Counted from the first letter of the stretch, positions 17,827 to 26,060 are shown. The stretch is 57,336 nt of DNA from Methanobacteriota archaeon (GCA_002698225.1 NZWD01000040.1:1-57336), one strand, 5' to 3'. The notes: generated by a model from the letters alone, not told the origin. Program-made: numbers and translations.

Positions 17827-18108
17827 ATGGTCAAGATGCCGAGGACAGTAAAGCGCTACAGTCCGTCTGCTGGTAAGCATACCGAGCACACCGTTGAGCG
17901 AGTCAAGAAGCGTCGCGCCAGTGAACTGAAGTGGGGTCAGCGCAGATTCCGTAAGGTCACTTCGGGTTATCGGGGATTCCCCCGTCCTAAGCCGTCGGGC
18001 GAGAAGCCCACTAAGAGGGTCAACCTAATATTTCGATGTACTGAGACAGGCAAAGCACATTCTCCCGCAGGGAAGAGAGCTAGGAAGTTTGAGTTAGTAG
18101 ACAAGTGA
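17827..18108 (+). CDS. rpl44e: 50S ribosomal protein L44e (eL42), zinc-ligand-depleted variant
   Basis: MVKMPRTVKRYSPSAGKHTEHTV...GEKPTKRVNLIFRCTETGKAH is colinear with archaeal L44e. It is the first gene of the conserved L44e-S27e-aIF2alpha-Nop10 string. Confidence 0.85.
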   Translation: MVKMPRTVKRYSPSAGKHTEHTVERVKKRRASELKWGQRRFRKVTSGYRGFPRPKPSGEKPTKRVNLIFRCTETGKAHSPAGKRARKFELVDK

Positions 18109-18119
18109 GAGGAGAGAGG

Positions 18120-18290
18120 ATGAGTGGCAGATTCTTGAGAGTGAATTGCCGTGACTGCGGTCACGAGGCCATCGTCTTCGACAGGGCGTCCACTTCGATC
18201 TCCTGCGCCATCTGTGGTGCCACATTGGCGCGACCGGCTGGAGGCAGGGCGGACTTATCCGGAAGCACGATCATTGACGTCCTCGAGTGA
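18120..18290 (+). CDS. rps27e: 30S ribosomal protein S27e (eS27)
   Basis: MSGRFLRVNCRDCGHEAIVFDRASTSISCAICG forms a C4 zinc ribbon. The ATG at 18120 is preceded by GAGGAGAGAGG. Confidence 0.9.
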   Translation: MSGRFLRVNCRDCGHEAIVFDRASTSISCAICGATLARPAGGRADLSGSTIIDVLE

Positions 18291-18301
18291 GGGGATGTCA
18301 T

Positions 18302-19087
18302 ATGGCTGATTCCGACCTTTGGCCAGAAGAAGGGGAGTTGCTGATTTGCATAGTCAGTAGCGTCAAGGAAAACGGCGCTTACTTGAAACTCGAAGGTTAC
18401 GAGGGAAGAACGGGGTTCGTCTTCATCGGAGAGGTCGCATCCGGCTGGGTCAAGAACATCAGCACTCACCTAAGGGAAGGCCAGAGGGTGGTCGCTAAGG
18501 CAATTCAAGTCAGGAAGGACAAGCAAAGAATCGAGCTTTCGATAAAGTCCGTCTCAGAAGAGCGTAGGAGAGACACACTACAAGCCTGGAAGAATCGTCA
18601 GAGAGCGAGTCAGTTGATGCGCGTAGCAGCTGAGAGAATCGGCTGGGACGAGGTAAAGACGGCGGCCATATGTGACGAGATGCGAGAGGTATTCGGTACC
18701 CTGTTCGGTGCGCTCGAAGAGTGTGCCATGAGTGACACTGCCTTGAGTGATGCAGGTTTCAACGGAGATTGGATTGCGGTTGTCACCGAATTGGCTGTGG
18801 AAAATATCGTTCCCCCGTATGTGGAAATCAGGGGCGAGTTTGACATCCAAGTTTGGGGTCCAGAAGGAGTTAATGCAATTCGAGACGCCCTAGTTGCTGC
18901 TGAGGCATGCGGAGAGGGGCTTGAGGAAGTCACTATCACTTGTCATTACGATGGGGCACCTCACTACAGAATCGACATCAGAGCTCCTGACTACCAAGCT
19001 GCTGAGTCCGTCTGGGAAGCGGCACAGAAAGCAGCTTCGCACTGCATGGCATCGGTAGAGGGCTCAATAGCGGCTGAACGTCTCTGA
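18302..19087 (+). CDS. translation initiation factor 2 alpha subunit (aIF2-alpha)
   Basis: S1/OB domain GELLICIVSSVKENGAYLKLEGYEGRTGFVFIGEVASGWVKNI followed by helical and alpha-beta domains. The ATG at 18302 follows GAGGGG. Confidence 0.85.
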   Translation: MADSDLWPEEGELLICIVSSVKENGAYLKLEGYEGRTGFVFIGEVASGWVKNISTHLREGQRVVAKAIQVRKDKQRIELSIKSVSEERRRDTLQAWKNRQRASQLMRVAAERIGWDEVKTAAICDEMREVFGTLFGALEECAMSDTALSDAGFNGDWIAVVTELAVENIVPPYVEIRGEFDIQVWGPEGVNAIRDALVAAEACGEGLEEVTITCHYDGAPHYRIDIRAPDYQAAESVWEAAQKAASHCMASVEGSIAAERL

Positions 19088-19146
19088 GGCGCCTTCAGGG
19101 AGCATAGACTTCATTGACCCTTCCGAGCGCAAGAGGCACGATAGGG

Positions 19147-19365
19147 ATGGTTAGGACTCGACTACAAAGGTGCACAGCGTGCGGAGAATATGGTCTCGGA
19201 ACTAGATGCTCAGAATGTGGTGCGGTGATGGTTGCTGTGTCTCCGATGAAGTATTCGCCGGAGGATCCGCAGGGGTCCAGGCGCCGCAAGCGCATGGATG
19301 TGGGAAGTGAAGAATGGTTGGAATCTCTCCCTACAGCTAGAAAGGTGGAGAGTGAGGAAGAATGA
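19147..19365 (+). CDS. nop10: H/ACA RNP protein Nop10
   Basis: LQRCTACGEYGLGTRCSECGAVMVAVSPMKYSPEDPQGSRRRK forms a zinc ribbon plus the SPEDP motif. The stop overlaps the next gene's ATG (ATGA). Confidence 0.8.
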   Translation: MVRTRLQRCTACGEYGLGTRCSECGAVMVAVSPMKYSPEDPQGSRRRKRMDVGSEEWLESLPTARKVESEEE

Positions 19366-20123
19366 ATCGGGCCAAAATTCACTGGCTGATCGGCGACAGC
19401 CTTCCCGAACACACTGCCATGCTAGAGGCCGTTCCAGGTGTTGGGAATGTGGGTAAGTTAGTCGTTGACTCATTGGTTGAGAAGCATCCTTCTCGCACCC
19501 TAGCTTGGATTCTACATCCCGACTTCCCTCCTCATGCAACATTAGATGGGAATTCTCTCTTGGCCCCTCCACGGATTCGCATAGACTCCGTACTTCTGCC
19601 TGATGGTAGTACGGTAATCGTAGTTGGTGGGAATCTACAGCCCATGACCGCTGCGGGCCAACACGAGGTCTCAGAGGCCATTCTGAAACTGGCCTCAGAT
19701 TCAGATACTCCACAGCTGCTAGTACTTGCTGGGCTCGCTGCAGGGGCAGAAGACAGGCAGATTCATGTCATCTGTGCAGACGCTGATGTCAGAAAGAGGC
19801 TAGAAGCGGATGATATTCCAGTCAGCAGAGAGCATCCCGAGGCCGGAATGATAGGAATTGCCGGACTTCTAATCTCACTTTCTCCACTTTATTCGGTTAG
19901 CACCATCGGCCTGGTAGCCGAGACCGTGGGTGCGAGTGCTGATGTAATGGCTGCTGACAGATTGGCTGCCTGGATAGAAGCCGGATTGGACTTGCCGCTT
20001 AATCTGAGTTTGGATTCCACGGAGAGGACAGCGGAGAAGATACTGGATGAGATGAATGTCGGAGGAGACTTGGAAGAGACTCTAGCGATGACTGAGGGAG
20101 AGTCTGGTGACTTCTATGTCTAG
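19362..20123 (+). CDS. PAC2-family proteasome assembly chaperone (PbaA/PbaB-like)
   Basis: VPGVGNVGKLVVDSLVE near the N-terminus. The C-terminus ends in FYV, which fits a hydrophobic-Tyr-X (HbYX) 20S-docking motif. The gene sits in its usual position after nop10. Confidence 0.7.
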   Translation: MNRAKIHWLIGDSLPEHTAMLEAVPGVGNVGKLVVDSLVEKHPSRTLAWILHPDFPPHATLDGNSLLAPPRIRIDSVLLPDGSTVIVVGGNLQPMTAAGQHEVSEAILKLASDSDTPQLLVLAGLAAGAEDRQIHVICADADVRKRLEADDIPVSREHPEAGMIGIAGLLISLSPLYSVSTIGLVAETVGASADVMAADRLAAWIEAGLDLPLNLSLDSTERTAEKILDEMNVGGDLEETLAMTEGESGDFYV

Positions 20124-20129
20124 TCTAAC

Positions 20130-20330
20130 CTATCCGCCCGAGGAAACGACAATCAGTTCGAGGCTGATGTCGGATTCGATGATTGAAGTGTGAGGTACAA
20201 TCGTATCCCCATGCACTGCTAGGACAGTAGAAGCGGGAATGGACAACCTGTCTAGAATCTGCGAGATGCTGATTGGTACATCTGACTCTAGAGATAGCGA
20301 CCTGTTGTCATGCTCGACCTGGATTCTCAC
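20130..20330 (-). CDS. ThiS/MoaD/SAMP-like ubiquitin-fold protein ending in Gly-Gly
   Basis: 66 aa from GTG 20330 (GAGGGG upstream): (M)RIQVEHDNRSLSLESDVPISISQILDRLSIPASTVLAVHGDTIVPHTSIIESDISLELIVVSSGG-stop. Length, pattern and GG terminus match ThiS-type beta-grasp proteins. The longer track ORF continues antisense through tRNA-Ser. Confidence 0.65.
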   Translation of the reverse strand: MRIQVEHDNRSLSLESDVPISISQILDRLSIPASTVLAVHGDTIVPHTSIIESDISLELIVVSSGG

Positions 20331-20384
20331 ACCCCTCACACATCGGGTCAGCCTTATGTTTGATTCGTAGGTAGCCGGAGCGCT

Positions 20385-20470
20385 GCCGAGATCGCATAGC
20401 CCGGTATTGCGGTGGATTCGAAATCCACTGTCCATTGGACGCGGGGGTTCAAATCCCTCTCTCGGCGCCA
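20385..20470 (+). tRNA. tRNA-Ser (anticodon CGA), class II with a long variable arm, CCA encoded
   Basis: Acceptor GCCGAGA/TCTCGGC, D arm GCA-TAGCCCGGTAT-TGC, anticodon stem GTGGA/TCCAC with loop TTCGAAA, variable arm GTCC-ATT-GGAC, T arm GGGGG-TTCAAAT-CCCTC, discriminator G then CCA. Confidence 0.85.
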
Positions 20471-20478
20471 ACAGAATC

Positions 20479-22374
20479 TCAGTATCTAGGAACTTCTGTG
20501 GAGTCTCGCAGGACTACTAGACGTCCTCCGGGACCGATCCTGACCTGCGGTTGCCCGTTGAACTCACCAATCTCGCCATTTAGAATCGCTATCTCGTCGC
20601 CCCTTGTCACCCCTGCTGCAGCAAGTGGGATGAATTGCCTGAATGCTACTACTCCGGCTGAGCCAGTCTGGTCAATTAGTGTCACAGACCATCTGCTAAC
20701 TCCCTTTCCATCTGGGAAGGCATTGACCGCCCAAACTCTGCCAATTGCATTGACTCTGGTCTCGATATCGACTATGGCTGCTGTGTCCGATTCATTCGCG
20801 ATTTCTACGGAGGACTTTTCATCGAGATCCAGAACAACCTCGCCCTTCCATGTCGACGCCATGGCATTCTCGATGCGGACCCTGCTTCCATTGGTTATGG
20901 AGCGAGTGACTTCTCTGGGTGCGCCGTAGCGAGAGGGTTGTACCTTGGCCCGGTCGTACCCTTCCTGTAAGGTGAATGAAAGCTCCACGGAACCATCCTC
21001 AGCAAGATTCGGGCCACGTAGGCCTGATACTTCACCGACCACATTAACTCGGGTGACAATCTCTCCGAGAGGAGTTATTGGCCAACTGTGGCCAAAGCGG
21101 TCGATACTACGCTCTAGGGGGAGGTCAAGTTCGTGGTCGCTGCCCTCACAGATTCCTCGCAAATCGCAGTAATTGCAGCGTGCTCGCGGATCTGAGTCGA
21201 TTGGAGTCTCAGAGGGAACTCCTCCGTCATCGAAGTAGTTCAGTGGAGCCGGTTCTGGCGGACACTCGTGCATCTCAGGGTCCCTTGCGTGGATCTTCTG
21301 GTACAACTCTTCCAATTCCGAAGAGAGATCTTCCATCTCGATTCCCGAAGGGCATTCTACTTCCTTGATTGCCTCGGCTCCCAGATACCATATCTCCAGC
21401 GCCTCGACCTCCTCAGTCCTGTCATGGGTCTCCCACCAGAGCCAGCAGTAGAGGCGTAATTGGTCGATGTATCCTGCGGATCGATCTCCCCTTCCGATGG
21501 ATGCCTTGAGGTCGATTATCCTGATTCGGCCTGTCCAACCGTATACCATGTCGTACTCTCCTTGAAACCACTCGTCGGGGTGTGATGTGGTCTGCTTCCA
21601 CTGTCCTGCATCCGGATCAACGAACCAAGGTCTTGCCAACTCCCATGCCTCACACCATGACACTTTTCCGGAATCTTGAGCGGCGGGATGTGTTTGGTTC
21701 CACTGGCGGGGGAATCCATCAGGAGGTGGCCAGTGACCTCGTTCTTCGCCTGCTCTCCAACTCTCCATTCCAGGACCTCCCTGGGCATTCAAGCAAGCCT
21801 CAACCTGGTCTATATGCAACCGGAGGCCGGCCCTGACCATTTTCCTCGCTTCCTCAGGGTCAGCGTCTTCAACCGAGCCTTTTCTGTTCGGAGATGCTTC
21901 CCAATCATCGACAGCTGCCTCCCAGCACCTGTCGAAATGGACCTCTGCACGAGAGTTAGCCCAACTGAGCAGTGAATTCCTATCTGTTGGCCATTGGTCT
22001 TCGGGCAACTCAATGGTTGCGGGGCCGGGCCAGGCCAGTTGGTTGTCATAGGCCGGAGACCCGTCATCAAGAAGAGGAGTGATCATCTCGTCGACAGCAT
22101 CAGAAGACACGAGTACAGGAGAGTCTCGGAGGACGCGGCAGACGCACTCCTCGACGGCATTTCCGCGAATAATCTGAGGCGGCAGGGGTGACTTCAGGCG
22201 CTCGATGTAGTTGTAGTACCATAGCCTGTTGCAGGATTTCCAAGTGATGACCTGTGAGGCTGAGAGTCTGCGGAATGGATTAACTCCAACCGCTTGTGGA
22301 TTGCCTTGCCTGACCGGCATGGCATGGAGTCCGAGTCGAGGCCCTATGAACCCAACGAAGAAGTCGTGATTCAA
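20479..22374 (-). CDS. Cas4/RecB-family PD-(D/E)XK nuclease with a 4-Cys Fe-S motif, fused to two C-terminal OB-fold domains
   Basis: SASQVITWKSCNRLWYYNY (N-terminal Cys), YDMVYG...RIRIIDLKAS (D...DxK), YIDQLRLY (QxxxY), CNYCDLRGIC (CX2CX5C). Two OB-like modules follow: VNVVGEVSGL...WKGEVVLDL and VNAIGRVWAV...NGQPQVRIG. The start is either TTG 22374 (overlaps the upstream stop) or ATG 22320. Confidence 0.7.
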   Translation of the reverse strand: MNHDFFVGFIGPRLGLHAMPVRQGNPQAVGVNPFRRLSASQVITWKSCNRLWYYNYIERLKSPLPPQIIRGNAVEECVCRVLRDSPVLVSSDAVDEMITPLLDDGSPAYDNQLAWPGPATIELPEDQWPTDRNSLLSWANSRAEVHFDRCWEAAVDDWEASPNRKGSVEDADPEEARKMVRAGLRLHIDQVEACLNAQGGPGMESWRAGEERGHWPPPDGFPRQWNQTHPAAQDSGKVSWCEAWELARPWFVDPDAGQWKQTTSHPDEWFQGEYDMVYGWTGRIRIIDLKASIGRGDRSAGYIDQLRLYCWLWWETHDRTEEVEALEIWYLGAEAIKEVECPSGIEMEDLSSELEELYQKIHARDPEMHECPPEPAPLNYFDDGGVPSETPIDSDPRARCNYCDLRGICEGSDHELDLPLERSIDRFGHSWPITPLGEIVTRVNVVGEVSGLRGPNLAEDGSVELSFTLQEGYDRAKVQPSRYGAPREVTRSITNGSRVRIENAMASTWKGEVVLDLDEKSSVEIANESDTAAIVDIETRVNAIGRVWAVNAFPDGKGVSRWSVTLIDQTGSAGVVAFRQFIPLAAAGVTRGDEIAILNGEIGEFNGQPQVRIGPGGRLVVLRDSTEVPRY

Positions 22375-23513
22375 CTTGAATCATTCAGCCAGACGACAGT
22401 CACTTCCATCCTGTCGAAGGTCGGTGTGACCTCTACCATCGCCACGGGCGCATCTACCTCTTCGGCTATCGACTCGGCAATCACAAGTGGCAACTCAATG
22501 CGTTCCTCTTCGGGATCCCAGAGCATGAATCTCTGCGGTAGACCGGTAATCTCAGTAATCTCCTCAATCCAGTGGGCCTGATTCTCAGTAGAGGCATAGA
22601 CCGCTCCGAACATCAGTGTCGAATCTTCGGTGAGAGTCTCGTGAGGGGAGATTGTCGCTTCTCCTCTGCGCTCGAACCTTCTCCTCAACTGACCTGCGTC
22701 CTTGTACACGGCAGTACAGAATTTGACATGGAATCCATACGGCTCCCGGGAGACAGAGTCAGCTGGGTCGGGTAATCCATTGGCTGCACTGTTGACTCGA
22801 TCTCTGAGCATCTGGGCTAGTTCCGAAGAGCCTTCTGCGCCTGCAGTAATCTCAGTTGAAAGGTTGAATCCTCTAAGTTCCATGTTATCGTGATTGCCCA
22901 CGGTTATCTCCAACTCGTTGAGGTTGAGGAAATTGATACTAAAATCACGCAGATCCTCAATCAACTGCACCAATTCAGACTCCTTGTCCGGCTCACATGG
23001 TAACTCCACACCAGTCTCTATTCCGGCATCGCTGCAAGCAGCAATTACCTCACGGTACTCCTCTGCTTCCAAATCAAGCAAGTGGAATCGGATCTCGTCG
23101 AGACCCGCTTCTGCGAACTCAGAGGCCCATTCAGCCCTGAACGGGATGCTGGTGTACATATGCAGATGGAAAGAGGGGCCGAACTCCTCCTTGAGAGTTC
23201 GAATCCCCTCAAGCGTCCTCTCTCGAGCCATCAGAGGGTCGCCTCCGGTAATCCCGGCACCTGTGGCCCGCATCGCTCTAGCCTCTTCGATAACCGCGTC
23301 GAAATCTTCGCAGCGACGCTCGTTGGCAAACATGTGGTCGATATCTCGACGGGTCTCGGAAAGAGGACAGTAGTCGCATCGCCAGTGGCAGTTACCAGTG
23401 ATGAATAGAACCAGTTTGCTCCCCATCTGGCACTGAATGCACCCCTCTGAATCACCTTCATCAGGTGCTTCGGGCAGTGTATCTGTTTGTGAGAGAGGCA
23501 GTGAGAAGTTCAT
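22371..23513 (-). CDS. radical SAM enzyme of unknown function (PFL-activase-related archaeal family)
   Basis: FITGNCHWRCDYCP (CX3CX2C), GAGITGGDP. 380 aa with a C-terminal domain I cannot assign. The start forms an ATGA overlap with the pdxT stop. Confidence 0.75.
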   Translation of the reverse strand: MNFSLPLSQTDTLPEAPDEGDSEGCIQCQMGSKLVLFITGNCHWRCDYCPLSETRRDIDHMFANERRCEDFDAVIEEARAMRATGAGITGGDPLMARERTLEGIRTLKEEFGPSFHLHMYTSIPFRAEWASEFAEAGLDEIRFHLLDLEAEEYREVIAACSDAGIETGVELPCEPDKESELVQLIEDLRDFSINFLNLNELEITVGNHDNMELRGFNLSTEITAGAEGSSELAQMLRDRVNSAANGLPDPADSVSREPYGFHVKFCTAVYKDAGQLRRRFERRGEATISPHETLTEDSTLMFGAVYASTENQAHWIEEITEITGLPQRFMLWDPEEERIELPLVIAESIAEEVDAPVAMVEVTPTFDRMEVTVVWLNDSS

Positions 23514-24112
23514 GCTGCTGCCTCCTCGGCTGCCTCGATGAGCCAGCGGTGGAATCCCGTGTCGGCTGAGAGTTCGGGGTGGAAGGTGAGGGCAAGTCTG
23601 TTGGCGTGCTTGATTCCAACTACTTCTCCATCGTGTGTAGCGGCTACCTCTGCTGAATCATCAATCGAATCAAATCTGGGTGCGCGGATGAAAACGCCAG
23701 GGAAATCCCTACCCAGCATCTCAGAGTATAGTTCGTCTTGGAAAGAATCGACTTGACTACCATAGGCGTTGCGGCCGATGCTGGCTGGAATCAGAGGCTC
23801 TCCCCCATCTTGTGGGTCGGAGAGCAGTATTGCGCCAGCACAGGTCCCTAAGACAGGTCGCGATGGATCACTACGAATCCAATCGAATACTGCTGGCAGT
23901 AGGCCTGAAGTCTCATGATTTCCTGTTAGCCTCATAGTCGTGGATTCGCCACCGGGCAGAACCATGGCGTGTAAATCCGCATCGACTAGGTCTGATGCCA
24001 TCCTGAGCTCGTGCAGACTGATTTCGATACCGCACTCTTCGGCGGCCCTCTGTAGTGCCGACATGTGGACATGTCTCGCGCCCTGCAGCATGACCAACCC
24101 TATGCGCAGCAT
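23510..24112 (-). CDS. pdxT: pyridoxal 5'-phosphate synthase glutaminase subunit PdxT
   Basis: From the ATG at 24112: MLRIGLVMLQGA, LPGGESTTM, GTCAGAILLS, GVFIRAP and FHPELS are colinear with B. subtilis PdxT. Confidence 0.85.
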   Translation of the reverse strand: MLRIGLVMLQGARHVHMSALQRAAEECGIEISLHELRMASDLVDADLHAMVLPGGESTTMRLTGNHETSGLLPAVFDWIRSDPSRPVLGTCAGAILLSDPQDGGEPLIPASIGRNAYGSQVDSFQDELYSEMLGRDFPGVFIRAPRFDSIDDSAEVAATHDGEVVGIKHANRLALTFHPELSADTGFHRWLIEAAEEAAA

Positions 24113-24190
24113 GCCAGCGCGTCCGGCCACTCCGAAATTACTCTGTCGTGCCTCCGATGAACTGAAAGACTGGGGGCGAGACGTCGGATT

Positions 24191-25282
24191 GTGCAACCCG
24201 CGGGTCGCATCCACAACTTCGGCGCTGGACCTGCCGTCCTGCCCTACGAGGTGGTCGAAGAGGTCTCATCGGCCCTACCTAACCTCTCAGACAGCGGTTT
24301 CGGGCTGATGGAGGTCTCGCACCGCTCGGATACTTTCCAGGCGATTATTGACTCTGCCGTTGGCAGGGTCAGGAGTTTGCTTTCGGTTCCCGATGAATAT
24401 GAGGTCCTGCTATTGCAGGGAGGGGCCTCGACACAGTTCTACATGACTGCCCTGAACCTCATTGGCAGTGAAGGAAAGGCAGACTTCCTAGTATCTGGGA
24501 CATGGTCGGAGAAGGCTCTCAAGGAAGCGGGCAGAGTAGGGGACTCAATTGCTGCCTGGGATGGTTCAGATGAGAATTTCAGATCTGTGCCGGTGGATGG
24601 TGACTACTCTATCCGGGACGATGCTACTTATGTCCACTATACCACGAACAACACCCTATTCGGAACACAGTTCCATCATCTTCCAGACAGCGGAGGTAAG
24701 CCAAGGGTGGTTGATGCCAGTTCGGACATTTGTGGGGTGCCAATAGATGTCTCCAAACACGACCTGATTTATGCTGGCGCCCAGAAGAATCTGGGGCCTA
24801 GCGGAGTGACTCTGGTAATCCTCTCACCTTGGGCCTTATCGAGATGCCATGATGGGTTGCCAACCATGCTTGATTACCGTACTCATGTGTCGAAGGGCTC
24901 AATGTTCAACACGCCCAACACCTTCGGGATTTTCGTCCTCGATAGAGTACTAGCTTGGGTCGAGCGTAACGGAGGCCTATCCGGTGCCATAGAGAGGAAT
25001 CGAGCCAAGGCTTCACTGTTGTACAACGAGTTGGATAGAAGCGACTTCTGGAGACCGCACGCTCATGGGGGTTCTCGTTCTGTGATGAATGTGACATGGC
25101 GCCTAGCCGACACGAATCTCGAGGGCGTCTTCCTCGGTGAGGCTATGGACTCTGGGTTTGGAGGCTTGAAGGGCCACCGGAGCGTTGGTGGGATTAGAGC
25201 TAGTATGTACAATGGCTGTCCGATTGAGAGTGTCGAGGCATTGGTTGGGTTCATGCGGGACTTCGAGTCCCGTCACGGGTGA
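24191..25282 (+). CDS. serC: phosphoserine aminotransferase
   Basis: IHNFGAGPAVLP, MEVSHRSDTF, LLLQGGASTQF, GAQKNLGPSGVT (PLP Lys). Confidence 0.85.
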   Translation: MQPAGRIHNFGAGPAVLPYEVVEEVSSALPNLSDSGFGLMEVSHRSDTFQAIIDSAVGRVRSLLSVPDEYEVLLLQGGASTQFYMTALNLIGSEGKADFLVSGTWSEKALKEAGRVGDSIAAWDGSDENFRSVPVDGDYSIRDDATYVHYTTNNTLFGTQFHHLPDSGGKPRVVDASSDICGVPIDVSKHDLIYAGAQKNLGPSGVTLVILSPWALSRCHDGLPTMLDYRTHVSKGSMFNTPNTFGIFVLDRVLAWVERNGGLSGAIERNRAKASLLYNELDRSDFWRPHAHGGSRSVMNVTWRLADTNLEGVFLGEAMDSGFGGLKGHRSVGGIRASMYNGCPIESVEALVGFMRDFESRHG

Positions 25283-25290
25283 GGGGCACC

Positions 25291-25986
25291 ATGGATGCAC
25301 GCAGTGCCCTAGATATCCTCGACCTGACTCTACTGGATCGAGATGCATCCGAATCCGACTTGGATGAACTTTGTACATTGGCCAACCTACACCGTCCGGC
25401 TTCGGTGTGCGTTTTCTCTGAGCATGTCGCATATGTGGCAGAAAGACTCGATAATATTGCCATCAGTGCCGTGGCTGCAGGCTTCCCAGTAGGAAGCGAG
25501 GCCCCGGAAGAGGTCGTAGGTTCAATCAGACAAGCCATAGCTGCCGGGGCTAGTGAGATAGACTGTGTTCTCGAACCTCGAGAAGATGTATCATTCCCGG
25601 GGCAGGTAGAACAGGCGATGCTGATTGCAATGAGAGAGGCTTCGGCTGAGTGTGTGCTGAAGGTGATTATTGAAACCCCTTTGCTAGATAATAGGGGCAT
25701 GCGCGCCTGCACTCGGCTGGTATTGGCAGCAGGTGCGGACTTCGTGAAGACCTGTACTGGAAAGCGTGGCGAGTGCAGCGACGAGGCTGCTAGGATTCTG
25801 GCTTTCGAGGTCATGAGGCACGGAGTGACGATGGGGAGTCGCCCCGGAGTCAAACTATCAGGCGGAATTGGCTCTCTTGAGGATGTAAATCGGCTGGTAG
25901 AAATCGTGAGTTCGGAGGATTCCTCGATTCAAGGTCCGGGCAGGTTGAGAATTGGGGCTTCGTCTCTTCTTCACGAATTAATCTGA
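25291..25986 (+). CDS. deoC: deoxyribose-phosphate aldolase
   Basis: DLTLLD, ASVCV, GFPVGS, ASEIDCV, LKVIIET, FVKTCTGK (Schiff-base Lys), KLSGGI. The ATG at 25291 follows GAGGGG; the track start GTG 25279 overlaps the serC stop. Confidence 0.8.
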   Translation: MDARSALDILDLTLLDRDASESDLDELCTLANLHRPASVCVFSEHVAYVAERLDNIAISAVAAGFPVGSEAPEEVVGSIRQAIAAGASEIDCVLEPREDVSFPGQVEQAMLIAMREASAECVLKVIIETPLLDNRGMRACTRLVLAAGADFVKTCTGKRGECSDEAARILAFEVMRHGVTMGSRPGVKLSGGIGSLEDVNRLVEIVSSEDSSIQGPGRLRIGASSLLHELI

Positions 25987-25987
25987 G

Positions 25988-26060
25988 TGGGCTCGGCAGG
26001 AATTGAACCTGCGATCTTCGCCGTGTGAAGGCGACGTCATGACCCCTAGACCACGAGCCC
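25988..26060 (-). tRNA. tRNA-Val (anticodon CAC), CCA not encoded
   Basis: Reverse complement GGGCTCGTGGTCTAGGGGTCATGACGTCGCCTTCACACGGCGAAGATCGCAGGTTCAATTCCTGCCGAGCCCA. Anticodon stem TCGCC/GGCGA with loop TTCACAC. The 3' flank is CTC, not CCA. Confidence 0.9.

Noticed and set aside
20331-20471. N-terminal 47 codons of the 113-aa track ORF 20130..20471 (MAPREGFEPPRPMDSGF...).
   Set aside because: This stretch is largely the antisense of tRNA-Ser(CGA); FEPPRP is simply the complement of the T arm and acceptor stem. A GTG with an upstream GAGGGG at 20330 gives a self-consistent 66-aa ThiS-like protein, so the extension is treated as non-coding.
20385-24214. Integrated mobile or defence island at tRNA-Ser carrying the nuclease, radical SAM and pdxT genes.
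   Set aside because: No integrase is present, no direct repeat of the tRNA 3' end was seen, and no obvious compositional shift by eye. The genes are interleaved with housekeeping functions (pdxT, serC). This cannot be excluded without comparative genomics, but nothing in the sequence supports it.
25251-25853. 200-aa minus-strand ORF antisense to deoC.
   Set aside because: It is rich in Ser, Arg and Ala with no recognisable motifs. The plus-strand frame carries the full DeoC motif series, including the KTCTGK Schiff-base lysine. It is a typical shadow ORF.
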